UHGV virus genome: UHGV-0015611
Direction: 5' to 3' (one strand)
Length of the DNA stretch: 41,779 nt
From: a virus
The notes below the pieces were generated by a model. That model had not been told where the DNA came from and did not search any database. It saw only the letters and a program-made list of their open reading frames with translations. The position numbers and the translations under genes are program-made. Position 1 is the first letter of the stretch. Each line of letters begins with the position of its first letter. Shown here piece by piece: positions 18,631 to 27,166 of the stretch.

Positions 18631-18633
18631 TAG

Positions 18634-20133
18634 TTAAAGGGGAAGCTTTTCATCTTCTTTTTCCTGTTGCTCTTTAACATTGGCTTCTTGGCCTTGCTGG
18701 CCTAAAATTTGATTTACTGTGCCTCCAAGATTTTCTTTAGCAAGAGCTTCCTGTTCTTTAGCCTCTTTGTCTTCATTTTCTGCTTCATCTATCATTTCAT
18801 CCGTAATGTTAGTGAACATGCCGGTAATAGAGCTTTGAGTTTTAAGCTCTCTAAGAACTGCTGCCTTAGTAAGAATTCCAGCATTAAAGCCATCAAACAG
18901 AAGCTGAGCCTGTTTAGAAGCTAAATCTGCCTTCTCCTGGTCACTTGGTCTTCTAATTGGGTTAAAAGAGATTTCAAAGTCTTCCGGTATTTGACCAAGA
19001 CATGACATTGTAATCATTTTGAGTAGCTTCTCTAAAGGCTGTCTAACATAGGCCTCCTGTTTCTCCTGAACCATATCGTAATAGTTTTGGAGTGTTTCTT
19101 CCCCAGCATTAAAACCTGATGGGGACCTGCCAAATAGTTTGTCGATTGGGATCTCAGCTGCTCCAGAGATATCAAGCATGAAACTTTCATATATGTCATT
19201 GATTCCAGTAAATGTGTATCCTTGCATTTCAAAGTTATCCTCACTATCCATGGCCAAAGTGCCTGTATTGCACATCAAAGCATTTAAGGAACGCATTGTT
19301 TCAAAGACCTTATTAGCTGAGTCCTGGTCACCTAGAGTAATTAATTGACCTAAATCTGCCATTTTAAAAATTCTGATGTTGGCCAAGAAAATTAAAAAGC
19401 TAATGTTTGAAGAGGTATCATCCCTCTTTTTTAACTCTGAGAATACATGTTCTAATTCACTAGCCCCCCAAAAGCTTTCTGCTACTTCTTCCCAATAAGG
19501 AAGCTGTCTGCCAATCATCTTAATAACTCGAGAATGGTGAATCCTTGTAACTTTATTATCTGAAGGGTCTGATACGTCATAAAATACTGGTTGACCAAAC
19601 TCTGGGTCATTAATGTCATCTACCAACTCTAAAGATGGAGAGACCCCAGACCATCTATCAATAGTAAAGCAGCCCTTAAAACTGTCTATATCAATTGTGT
19701 CATAATCTAAGGGTTCACTAAGGTCTTCTTGGCCTTCTAACATTGGAATTAACAAACATCCCCCAAATAAACGAGACCATTTAAGGCAATCGAGAAATTT
19801 GTCCCTAGACCTTGTTTGGGTCCAGGCCTTATATATTTTGTCTAATTTACTTGGTTCTAATTGTGTTTGAATTTGAAAGCCGTTTTTTAACATTTCATTA
19901 GCAGGTTTTTCAATAATAGCCTTGGCAATCCAGTTATTTCTGAAGAGGATTTGTAATGTCCAATAATCCCAAGTGAACCTCTCCATTACATAACCAGCTG
20001 TTTGTGCTAAATTGTTGGCCCCTGCCCCAAGATTAGCTGGAATGTTAGAGTAGCCATCTAAAGCTTTCTTTACATCAAGTATTTGAGCTTTATCATTTAT
20101 TATACCTGGGCTTGATTTGCTTTTCTTTGCCAT
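18634..20133 (-). CDS. Portal protein
   Basis: 499 aa, immediately downstream of the terminase large subunit, with an acidic C-terminus. Confidence 0.6.
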   Translation of the reverse strand: MAKKSKSSPGIINDKAQILDVKKALDGYSNIPANLGAGANNLAQTAGYVMERFTWDYWTLQILFRNNWIAKAIIEKPANEMLKNGFQIQTQLEPSKLDKIYKAWTQTRSRDKFLDCLKWSRLFGGCLLIPMLEGQEDLSEPLDYDTIDIDSFKGCFTIDRWSGVSPSLELVDDINDPEFGQPVFYDVSDPSDNKVTRIHHSRVIKMIGRQLPYWEEVAESFWGASELEHVFSELKKRDDTSSNISFLIFLANIRIFKMADLGQLITLGDQDSANKVFETMRSLNALMCNTGTLAMDSEDNFEMQGYTFTGINDIYESFMLDISGAAEIPIDKLFGRSPSGFNAGEETLQNYYDMVQEKQEAYVRQPLEKLLKMITMSCLGQIPEDFEISFNPIRRPSDQEKADLASKQAQLLFDGFNAGILTKAAVLRELKTQSSITGMFTNITDEMIDEAENEDKEAKEQEALAKENLGGTVNQILGQQGQEANVKEQQEKEDEKLPL

Positions 20134-20153
20134 TGTTAACTCCTTATGTTAAC

Positions 20154-21455
20154 TTAAAAAACTTCATAATTTTGTGTTGTGGTTTTAATTAAGTATCTGA
20201 GAGCATCTAAAGCATGGTCCTTCTTTTTTACTACCTGTTCTTTTCCAAGCTCTGCCTTTTTGTCATCCCAAATGTAAGTTCCAAGTTCATTTATTAGATT
20301 AGGACAGTTATCAATGTTAATATGAATGTGTCCTGTCGCCATCAATGAATAAACCATCCTAATGCCCTCTAAAACGTCGTTTTCAGCTCGAACCACCTTC
20401 AAGGAGCGCTTCCGAAAGGCTGCTATGAGAGAACTGGCTGAAGGGTCGATTGCAACAAACCTATAATTTTTATCCCCTTTAAACCTAATAAAATCTTCTG
20501 TATACTCTTCATCTGTTTTTTGAGAGTAAGCTGTTTTAGAGTTATAATAGTATTCGTTATCAATGTAAAAGTGTGGAACCTTGTCCCCTACTAACCTTAC
20601 TTTATAACCTTCTAAAAATACCATTGGATTGTTGATCCCGTAGTCTGAGCCATAAATAGCAGAGCCGCCATTTGACGTGTCATTTTCAAGTATTTGTATT
20701 GGGAGGATTTTTTGTTTTTCTGACTCTTTATAAGTATGTTTTTCTTTATCAAAACAATCATACACTATTCCTTGAGCAAATACCCACTCTCCTAAAATAA
20801 AACGTTTGTAGAATATGCCTGTAAACATACTCTTGTAACGATTTATAATGTTTTGGGAAAGGGATGGGTTGTCCTCTAAATTAAAGTGTAATACAATGTA
20901 GTTTTTTAAATCAGCTTGTAATATATGCTCTGTATAAAACCAATGGGAAGGGCCTTCTGGGTTGCAGTTGAACCAAAACTTGGAGCCTTCCACTGAGCAT
21001 CTACCTAAAGCTTGCTCTACAAAGCTTCTTGGCATAAGAGCTACTTCGTCAAAATATACTCCTGCCAATGTTACTCCCTGAATTAAATCTTGTGAGCTTT
21101 CATCCTTACCGCCAAATAAATAGAAAGTGTTTGTTGTGTTTTTGTCTGAAACCATAAGTAAGTTAGACGTTTTTCTCTCTATCACTTTATAGCCTCGGTT
21201 ACGTAACACTTCCTTTAATGGAGTTATAACGTTACGATTAAGGGAGCCAATTGATTTACCACAAATTGCAAACTGCTGCCTTTTAAATGTAGTCATTGCC
21301 CACACTACAAAACTAAGGGACATGATTAAAGTTTTTCCTGCTCTAATTGAGCCCTCAGCTATGATTCCGTTTTTTTCTGGATTGTGCATCCACCAAGTTA
21401 AAAGTTGTAATTGCTTGTTGGAAAATGTGCTCCACTTAACCATTGAAAACTCCAT
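20154..21455 (-). CDS. Terminase large subunit (PBSX/XtmB-like). The alternative start MVKWS at 21443 has a better RBS.
   Basis: Walker A motif GSIRAGKT near the N-terminus. 433 aa, upstream of the portal gene. Confidence 0.7.
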   Translation of the reverse strand: MEFSMVKWSTFSNKQLQLLTWWMHNPEKNGIIAEGSIRAGKTLIMSLSFVVWAMTTFKRQQFAICGKSIGSLNRNVITPLKEVLRNRGYKVIERKTSNLLMVSDKNTTNTFYLFGGKDESSQDLIQGVTLAGVYFDEVALMPRSFVEQALGRCSVEGSKFWFNCNPEGPSHWFYTEHILQADLKNYIVLHFNLEDNPSLSQNIINRYKSMFTGIFYKRFILGEWVFAQGIVYDCFDKEKHTYKESEKQKILPIQILENDTSNGGSAIYGSDYGINNPMVFLEGYKVRLVGDKVPHFYIDNEYYYNSKTAYSQKTDEEYTEDFIRFKGDKNYRFVAIDPSASSLIAAFRKRSLKVVRAENDVLEGIRMVYSLMATGHIHINIDNCPNLINELGTYIWDDKKAELGKEQVVKKKDHALDALRYLIKTTTQNYEVF

Positions 21456-21606
21456 TCTTTTTATTATAACGAATGTATGAAGTGCATGTTTTGTTAAAGT
21501 CTAAATAATTGCCATACTGTTGTGACTTAGGGTTTGTGCAAAGTATTATGTTAGAGTTTTTATGCTCCTTAACTTTATGTTGACATGTTTTACATTTACC
21601 TTGCAT
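21436..21606 (-). CDS. Small Cys-containing hypothetical protein (56 aa, MQGKCKTCQHKVKEH...). It is not in the ORF track.
   Basis: Found by manual reverse-complement translation. Its stop overlaps the terminase start region. It has a CxxC motif plus two further Cys residues. Confidence 0.25.
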   Translation of the reverse strand: MQGKCKTCQHKVKEHKNSNIILCTNPKSQQYGNYLDFNKTCTSYIRYNKKNGVFNG

Positions 21607-21625
21607 ATTTACATCCTTTATACAT

Positions 21626-21666
21626 CCCGTAATTGGGCTCTAATTTGACGTATAAGAAAAGTTTTT
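21626..21666. repeat. Copy of the dispersed element in reverse orientation, upstream of the small Cys ORF and terminase genes
   Basis: CCCGTAATTGGGCTCTAATTTGACGTATAAGAAAAGTTTTT. Confidence 0.45.
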
Positions 21667-21681
21667 ATTTAAGTAATGATA

Positions 21682-21996
21682 TTAGTCATTGTCCTTAAGT
21701 TGCTGAGCCCTTAACTTCTTGATTTTTCTACACTCTGGACATCTCTTGGGAACTGAAAGTCCCATTCGCTTAAAATAACTTTCCTCATTTAAGTTAAGAG
21801 TGAATTCTTTATTGCAGTCCTTGCAAATGTATGTATTAACAGAAGCTTTATTGTCTCTACAGGATTTACATCTTTTAGGAAGTGTGTAACCTTTTTCTAA
21901 ATAAAACTTCTGCTCTGCTGGGCTCATTGTGAATTCTTCGCCACAATCAATGCAAGTAATTGTAATTGTGTTTAACTCCGGTAAATTATTTGCCAT
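21682..21996 (-). CDS. Double zinc-ribbon protein (four CxxC pairs)
   Basis: Motifs CIDC...CKSC and CKDC...CPEC, giving two repeats of about 45 aa each. Confidence 0.45.
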   Translation of the reverse strand: MANNLPELNTITITCIDCGEEFTMSPAEQKFYLEKGYTLPKRCKSCRDNKASVNTYICKDCNKEFTLNLNEESYFKRMGLSVPKRCPECRKIKKLRAQQLKDND

Positions 21997-22007
21997 GTTT
22001 ATACCTC

Positions 22008-22664
22008 TTATTTATTGTCCCAAATTGCTTTAGCTGATTCTTTTATTGCCTTGATAAAACCATCATCTTCTTGCTGTGGATTCTCAAGGTCTATCAATTT
22101 CTTTTTAAGCTGGAATTCTTGTTCTGCCAATTCCATTTTTCTTTCTTCTAAGCTCTGTTTGTAATCTTTAGGCATGTCAGCAATGTATTTTGCTAAATTA
22201 TCCAATGCCTTCATTTTGTCCTGAAGTTCTATCGAAGTGCCTGTTCTACCAGAAGAAATTGATTTAACCAATTGGCCATCAATGTGTGAATTCGGTTTAA
22301 GATTTATGTGATTAGGTTGAATCTCTATGAAATCTGTGATGTCTGCAAAAGCTATTCTAGCCCATTGGTCTAAAATGTCTTGTGCATTTACCATACATTG
22401 TTTTAAGGCTCTAACTTTTAACCATTGGATATAAATTTGAAGCCGTTTATGGGATAGTAACCTTCTAGCGTCAGAAGTGTTAATTTTCTTTCTATATCCC
22501 GCCTTAAAAAGAGCTTGTCGGAAATTATGACCTTCAACATAATATTCACAAAATCTTAGGTATTTCTCTGGTAACCCCTTAGTCACTTCTTCATATGTCA
22601 TTGCCAATAATTCTTCTTCTGTAAATGTATTATTTACTATTGGCTTTCGTCGTTCTGATGGCAT
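22008..22664 (-). CDS. Terminase small subunit (Terminase_2/XtmA-like)
   Basis: The N-terminal motif RFCEYYVEGHNFRQALFKAGY with a downstream ARRLL resembles the conserved small-subunit HTH. RBS AAGGAGA precedes it. It overlaps the RNase H gene by 35 nt. Confidence 0.55.
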   Translation of the reverse strand: MPSERRKPIVNNTFTEEELLAMTYEEVTKGLPEKYLRFCEYYVEGHNFRQALFKAGYRKKINTSDARRLLSHKRLQIYIQWLKVRALKQCMVNAQDILDQWARIAFADITDFIEIQPNHINLKPNSHIDGQLVKSISSGRTGTSIELQDKMKALDNLAKYIADMPKDYKQSLEERKMELAEQEFQLKKKLIDLENPQQEDDGFIKAIKESAKAIWDNK

Positions 22665-23130
22665 TTGCTTTCTCCTTGATAATACCCTTGGCTAGCTGAT
22701 CTGCTAACTCATTGTATTTATTTCCAGAGTGACCCTTGATTTTTACAAAATTTATTATGACTTTTGATTTTCTTTGTGGATAGAGAATTTTGTAAAGTGT
22801 AGTCCAAAGCTTTAAATTTGCTATTGGTTTATTACTCGAGTTTCTCCAACCTTTTTCTTTCCAGGATTTTAACCAGCCTAAATTTATTGGGTTTAAGCAA
22901 TATGCTGAGTCGGAATAAACTGTAATATCCAAGGATAACGCTGAACATTTTTCTTTTAATGTTTTTAGTGCCTTAACTATTGCCAGTAATTCCATCTCAT
23001 TGTTTGTAGTTTGTGAAGAGTATCCTTTTTGTGTATATGTAATTTTGTCGTCTTTTACAAAAATGAAAGAATACCCTCCAGGGCCTGGATTTTTAGAGCA
23101 GGCCCCGTCAGTGTATATTTCGTATTTCAT
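22630..23130 (-). CDS. rnhA: Ribonuclease HI
   Basis: The motif YTDGACSKNPGPGGYSF is the classic RNase H N-terminus. The catalytic residues E (NNEMEL), D (YSDS) and D (ELADQLA) are conserved. Confidence 0.7.
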   Translation of the reverse strand: MKYEIYTDGACSKNPGPGGYSFIFVKDDKITYTQKGYSSQTTNNEMELLAIVKALKTLKEKCSALSLDITVYSDSAYCLNPINLGWLKSWKEKGWRNSSNKPIANLKLWTTLYKILYPQRKSKVIINFVKIKGHSGNKYNELADQLAKGIIKEKANAIRTTKANSK

Positions 23131-23214
23131 ACTTATTTATAGCCCCTTGGTGGGTGTAATAAACATTTATCTAAGGAGAATCAAATGGAAATTTTCCAAG
23201 GGGCTTCCTTTCAT

Positions 23215-23703
23215 TTAATCAAAATCAAAGTCAAAGTCGTCATCGTCCTCATCATCTTCATCAGTTGCCTTCTTAGCCTTCTTTGATTTCTTGTTAGCCT
23301 TGGACTTCTTGGACTTTTTCTTAGGAGCTTCTTCTACTTCTTCATCCTCGTCCTCTTCGTCCTCTGCCTCTACTTCTTCGTCTTCGTCATCCTCTTCTTC
23401 CTTGGATTCCTTGAATTTCTTAATCTTTCTCTCTGCTCTCTTTGCCTTTCTCGCTTCCTTTTCCTCTTCAGAAATTTCCGGAGCTTCTACGCCAATAGCT
23501 TCTTCAAGAGCCTTGTTGATTTTACGAGCTGTGCAATTAAGCGGAAGTGCCTTGAGGATTTCCATGCCCTCTTCGTTAACAAGAGTAGCATAATGGGTGA
23601 AGAGTGGAAGTCTCTTTGAAATATCCTTGAAATCTTCATAATTATCCTTGTTAACGTTTCTTACAATAACTGCTGCCTCATGAGCTGACCAATTTGTTGC
23701 CAT
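23215..23703 (-). CDS. Highly acidic protein with a Lys-rich linker and a poly-D/E tail that ends DDDDFDFDFD
   Basis: Composition. The N-terminal 80 aa look globular. Confidence 0.4.
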   Translation of the reverse strand: MATNWSAHEAAVIVRNVNKDNYEDFKDISKRLPLFTHYATLVNEEGMEILKALPLNCTARKINKALEEAIGVEAPEISEEEKEARKAKRAERKIKKFKESKEEEDDEDEEVEAEDEEDEDEEVEEAPKKKSKKSKANKKSKKAKKATDEDDEDDDDFDFDFD

Positions 23704-23723
23704 AGTTTGGTACCTATCCTTTC

Positions 23724-24092
23724 TTACTTTCTAATGTTTGCTCTAAAAATAAATGCTGTGTCTTCCCTCATTAGGTTAACAAAATTCTTTTGTGCAACCT
23801 GTTCTGAGCCAGATTTAAAAGTGATAACTGAATTACCATTGCGATCAACTTTAATGTTGCCAATGGTAAATGTTCCAAGTGGAATGAGTGCTTCTTCGTC
23901 TGTTTCAGCCTCGATAGCTTCAAGAACGAAAGGCTTGCCAATTCCAGCAATGAACTGTAAAGAGTCTGCCAAATTCATTTCATTAAACTTAGCAGAGAGC
24001 TGAACCTCAAAATTCTTTTTAGTTCTAACCCCGTTAAAGTAACCAGTTGCTTCAATAAAGTTTTCTTCTGGGTTTACTTTTTCTTTTGCCAT
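23724..24092 (-). CDS. Hypothetical protein (122 aa, start MAKEKV)
   Basis: RBS AAGGAGGA lies 8 nt upstream of the ATG at 24092. The track ORF extends to 24173 but has no RBS there. Confidence 0.35.
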   Translation of the reverse strand: MAKEKVNPEENFIEATGYFNGVRTKKNFEVQLSAKFNEMNLADSLQFIAGIGKPFVLEAIEAETDEEALIPLGTFTIGNIKVDRNGNSVITFKSGSEQVAQKNFVNLMREDTAFIFRANIRK

Positions 24093-24522
24093 AAGCTGTG
24101 TCCTCCTTTTCTTTGTAGAAATTACTTCTAGCTTTCTTCGTAGATTTAATTTGCTTTGTTTCTTCAACATCATTACATGTTGTAATAATCAAATTAGTTT
24201 GTTTTGTTGGCTCCTGATTAGGAAGTATTGTGTTTAAGACCTCTATAGGAACCAAACCATAAATTCTTTCCTCCTGAAGGAATTGTATGAGAAAAACTGG
24301 AATCTTATGACTAACTGTTGAGTTGTGCTCCAGTTTTTTAATGTCTAGTAAATGTAAAGTATATGAGTCTTTGTCTGTGCTTTTGAGTTGGGCTAAAATT
24401 TTATCTGACTCCATATCCTCCTTAGATATCCAACCTGAACCTGAACCAGGTATTGGTTTTAATCCTAAGAGCTTAGCAACTTCTTTTTCATTTTTAAAGT
24501 AAAATTTAGATGTCCTTTTCAT
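24052..24522 (-). CDS. Hypothetical protein (156 aa), possibly nuclease-like
   Basis: An ORF that overlaps its neighbour by 41 nt. It has a GSGSGW motif and a basic C-terminus. Confidence 0.3.
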   Translation of the reverse strand: MKRTSKFYFKNEKEVAKLLGLKPIPGSGSGWISKEDMESDKILAQLKSTDKDSYTLHLLDIKKLEHNSTVSHKIPVFLIQFLQEERIYGLVPIEVLNTILPNQEPTKQTNLIITTCNDVEETKQIKSTKKARSNFYKEKEDTAYGKRKSKPRRKLY

Positions 24523-24850
24523 AGTTTGTCTTGTATTGTGAAACCCATTGATTTAAACGAAATGGAGTGAATGTTATAATTGTGTTGCCTTGATATGCTA
24601 CCAACCATTGTTTTGCTATATCATATTTATATTTTCTACCAGATTTTGAAATGTAACCTTCTATTCCGCCTTGTCCAATTTTGTTTGCAGGGGTTAATGA
24701 AAGTTTTTCTGCTTCCTGTAAATATCTTTTAGGTGACATCCCCATTTGTTTAGAGTGTTTAGTAATGTGTTGTGTAGCATTTTCCCGATAGAACCTAGCG
24801 TCATATGTGATTTTAATTGCCAGGTCAAATGGGTTAAGATTCCTCTTCAT
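24506..24850 (-). CDS. Hypothetical protein (114 aa)
   Basis: ORF. Confidence 0.3.
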   Translation of the reverse strand: MKRNLNPFDLAIKITYDARFYRENATQHITKHSKQMGMSPKRYLQEAEKLSLTPANKIGQGGIEGYISKSGRKYKYDIAKQWLVAYQGNTIITFTPFRLNQWVSQYKTNYEKDI

Positions 24851-25043
24851 CGTTTATTCCTAACTCCTTTAAACAATCACTCCGGATATCTGCCATTAAG
24901 GATATGAATTCTTCGTTGGTTAGTTTTAAATCTGATAGTGCCAATGCCATTGAGGCCTCCCAGTTAAAACCTCTTGTGATGTATTGGTCTTGAATTTTGC
25001 TTAAAGCCAAGATTATTGTGTTTTGCATTTTTGTGATGTTCAT
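24834..25043 (-). CDS. Hypothetical protein (69 aa)
   Basis: An ORF that follows the promoter at 25083-25111. Confidence 0.3.
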   Translation of the reverse strand: MNITKMQNTIILALSKIQDQYITRGFNWEASMALALSDLKLTNEEFISLMADIRSDCLKELGINDEEES

Positions 25044-25082
25044 GTTTTGCCCTCCTTGTTGTCTTAAATTGATTATGCAAGT

Positions 25083-25111
25083 ATTATATCATAACAAAAA
25101 TATTTTGTAAA
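25083..25111 (-). promoter_or_regulatory. Sigma-A-type promoter with an UP-like element
   Basis: -10 TGATATAAT at 25083-25088, 17-bp spacer, -35 TTTACA at 25106-25111, then AAAACTTTTCAAAAA upstream. Confidence 0.6.
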
Positions 25112-25130
25112 TGGGGTTTTTGAAAAGTTT

Positions 25131-25415
25131 TTATAAAATTTCTTCAGGCCCTGGACAAATAAGAAATGTGATTGTGCCATTTGAAGTTTTATTAAAACCA
25201 TTTTGAATTAACAAATCAATTATATTTTGTGCCTTCTCCTGAGTTCTAAAAGTAGTAGCTCCCCATTTGTTAACTGGTTTAATTGAAAGAGGTTTTGTGA
25301 AGATTTTTAAGTAAGCAGCTTTTGAAGAAGTTTGATTTCCTTCCCTGTTATAAGTTGTCACCCTTTCTTGAATTAACCAAGTTTGATGTGGTCTAGGTTT
25401 TCCTCCTCTTTTCAT
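25131..25415 (-). CDS. Hypothetical protein (94 aa)
   Basis: ORF. Confidence 0.3.
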   Translation of the reverse strand: MKRGGKPRPHQTWLIQERVTTYNREGNQTSSKAAYLKIFTKPLSIKPVNKWGATTFRTQEKAQNIIDLLIQNGFNKTSNGTITFLICPGPEEIL

Positions 25416-25723
25416 CTTGAACCTCCTAATAAGCCGTAAATAACAGATGGGGATATGCTGTATTTGTTGAAAAGGATTTCAATTACATCTGCTGTGTTAA
25501 TAGCTGCCCTTTCCGGTAAATCTTGATGAAGTGTAATTGAGTGAAAGAGTTTTTCGTTAAAGTCCTTTAGCTCTTTATCTCGGAAGTTGTAATTCTCAAC
25601 TAGAATTAAATAAATTGAAGGTAACACTAAATGAAGTGTATCCCTAGCCATTCTCTTTCTTTCATTGTCAATTCTTCGTTGATTCATTTTGATTGTGTGT
25701 GCCTTATTTTTAGTGTTCTTCAT
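25412..25723 (-). CDS. Hypothetical basic protein (103 aa), possibly DNA-binding
   Basis: ORF with a Lys/Arg-rich N-terminus. Confidence 0.3.
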   Translation of the reverse strand: MKNTKNKAHTIKMNQRRIDNERKRMARDTLHLVLPSIYLILVENYNFRDKELKDFNEKLFHSITLHQDLPERAAINTADVIEILFNKYSISPSVIYGLLGGSR

Positions 25724-25976
25724 TTGGGTTCCCCTTTGGAAAACATTCTACGATTGAAACTTCTACAGTCCAGAAATTTAAAGTTTCCTCTGCTTTAACA
25801 AATTGATTGTAGTAAGCAAGAGATTGAACAGCTTCTGATTTTCTTGGGAAGCATTCAACCAAATTTCTTTTTGTTAGTTCTTTGTGCCCTTTACCAAAGA
25901 AGTATGTTTTAATTGTTCCCGGTTTATATCTTGGGTTATTGTCTGTTGCTGTGTACTTAAGTCTTATCATGTACAT
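25710..25976 (-). CDS. Hypothetical protein (88 aa) with the internal repeat VECFPRK/VECFPKG
   Basis: ORF. Confidence 0.3.
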   Translation of the reverse strand: MYMIRLKYTATDNNPRYKPGTIKTYFFGKGHKELTKRNLVECFPRKSEAVQSLAYYNQFVKAEETLNFWTVEVSIVECFPKGNPNEEH

Positions 25977-26015
25977 AATGTTGTGTTCTCCTTGTGTTTG
26001 GTTTATTACAAATGC

Positions 26016-26044
26016 ATTATATCATACCTTAAAAAGTTTGTAAA
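26016..26044 (-). promoter_or_regulatory. Sigma-A-type promoter at the edge of the origin-like repeat region
   Basis: -10 TGATATAAT at 26016-26021, 17-bp spacer, -35 TTTACA at 26039-26044. Confidence 0.6.
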
Positions 26045-26085
26045 GGCATATTTTGAAAATTTTTAAAAAATATTTTTAACCTAAA

Positions 26086-26398
26086 ATTTAGGGGACATTA
26101 GAGGTTAGAGGTTAGGTTAGAGTTAGGTTAGAGTTAGGGGGCCTTAAGGTTAGTCTAGTTGATATAACAAATAAACAAAGGTATAGGTAACCTTAGACTA
26201 ACCCTAACTAACATAAACAAGTTGATATAACAGATAGAGTAGAGTAGTTAAGTATAAGTAGTATAGAGTATTATATATTATATGAGTATATGAGTATATG
26301 AGGGATATAAGTATTATATATAGTTATACTATATATGATACGTTATCCCGATATATACGATATATACGAATATGGCGTACATATGCGTGCGTAAAGGA
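26086..26398. repeat. Non-coding repeat-dense region, a putative origin of replication
   Basis: It contains (GGTTAGA)n-like tandem repeats at 26090-26140 and the inverted repeat GGTTAGTCTA/TAGACTAACC (26147-26156 and 26193-26202). GTTGATATAACA occurs twice as a direct repeat. ATGAGTAT occurs three times and CGATATATACGA twice. It also has GTA-rich iterons and (TA)n tracts, and no ORF. Confidence 0.45.
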
Positions 26399-27034
26399 TT
26401 ATTCCTCAAGTAACAGTTTGTAGGGCCCTCCATAATTTCCATAAAGGGCTATACATGCTGCGTCAGCTGCATCATCATCATAAACCAAGGTTTTTGTGTT
26501 TTTTCTAGTTATTTCCTTTTCAAACCCTAAGTTAATTACATGTTGAATTTCCATAGCTTTCTTTGGGTTTTTAACCCCTTCCATGTGTTTTTCTAATGGT
26601 TTTGAAGTCCCTAACACTGCTTTCTTCCATGCCCTTGTATCAACTGAGTAAACTTTTATTTTGTGTTTGTAAGCAACATCAACAATAGTGCAAACTAAAG
26701 CTGCTTGTGCTTTAATGAATGAAATGCTAAGGTTTTTATTGTTTTTAGGAGTTTGGGAAAATGTTCTGATTCTTTCAACAATAATTGTGATTTCATTTGT
26801 TTTAAAGTATTTCCTACATGTTTTTATCAGTTTTTCAACATCTTCTGATACTCTTTCCCTCTTCAAACTTTTACTTTTTAATCCTTTAAAATTCTCTGAA
26901 GTTATAAGTCTTAACTTGCCATCAGCATAAATTGCAAAACCTGTGCATGTATAACTTTGGTCAATACCAATAATGCACCTTGTTGGCTTATAAAAATTTT
27001 TATCACTATTTTTCACCTTAACCTCCTTGACCAA
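26399..27034 (-). CDS. RuvC-like Holliday junction resolvase (phage type)
   Basis: The N-terminal motif CIIGIDQSYTCTGFAI and the C-terminal DDDAADAACIA match the RuvC fold catalytic motifs. Confidence 0.6.
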   Translation of the reverse strand: MVKEVKVKNSDKNFYKPTRCIIGIDQSYTCTGFAIYADGKLRLITSENFKGLKSKSLKRERVSEDVEKLIKTCRKYFKTNEITIIVERIRTFSQTPKNNKNLSISFIKAQAALVCTIVDVAYKHKIKVYSVDTRAWKKAVLGTSKPLEKHMEGVKNPKKAMEIQHVINLGFEKEITRKNTKTLVYDDDAADAACIALYGNYGGPYKLLLEE

Positions 27035-27046
27035 TTTTAAAAGCTC

Positions 27047-27156
27047 GTAATTGGGCCCTAATAAGCCCGTAGGTAAAAGTTAATGGCCTTTTAATATAAA
27101 ACCTTAGGTTAAAGGAAAACTTTTATTATACGGCCAATTAGAGCCCAATTACGGCA
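27047..27156. repeat. Inverted pair of the dispersed intergenic element, lying between the nuclease and resolvase genes
   Basis: Left copy at 27047-27081. Right copy at 27117-27156 (AAAACTTTTATTATACGGCCAATTAGAGCCCAATTACGGC). Confidence 0.5.
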
Positions 27157-27166
27157 TTTGACATTT

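Noticed and set aside
23291-23593. Plus-strand Ser-rich ORF
   Set aside because: Antisense to the acidic tail of 23215..23703, the same artefact as above
26090-26140. Possible CRISPR array (short tandem GGTTAGA repeats)
   Set aside because: The repeats are about 7 bp with no spacers, far below CRISPR repeat-spacer dimensions. They are interpreted as origin iterons.
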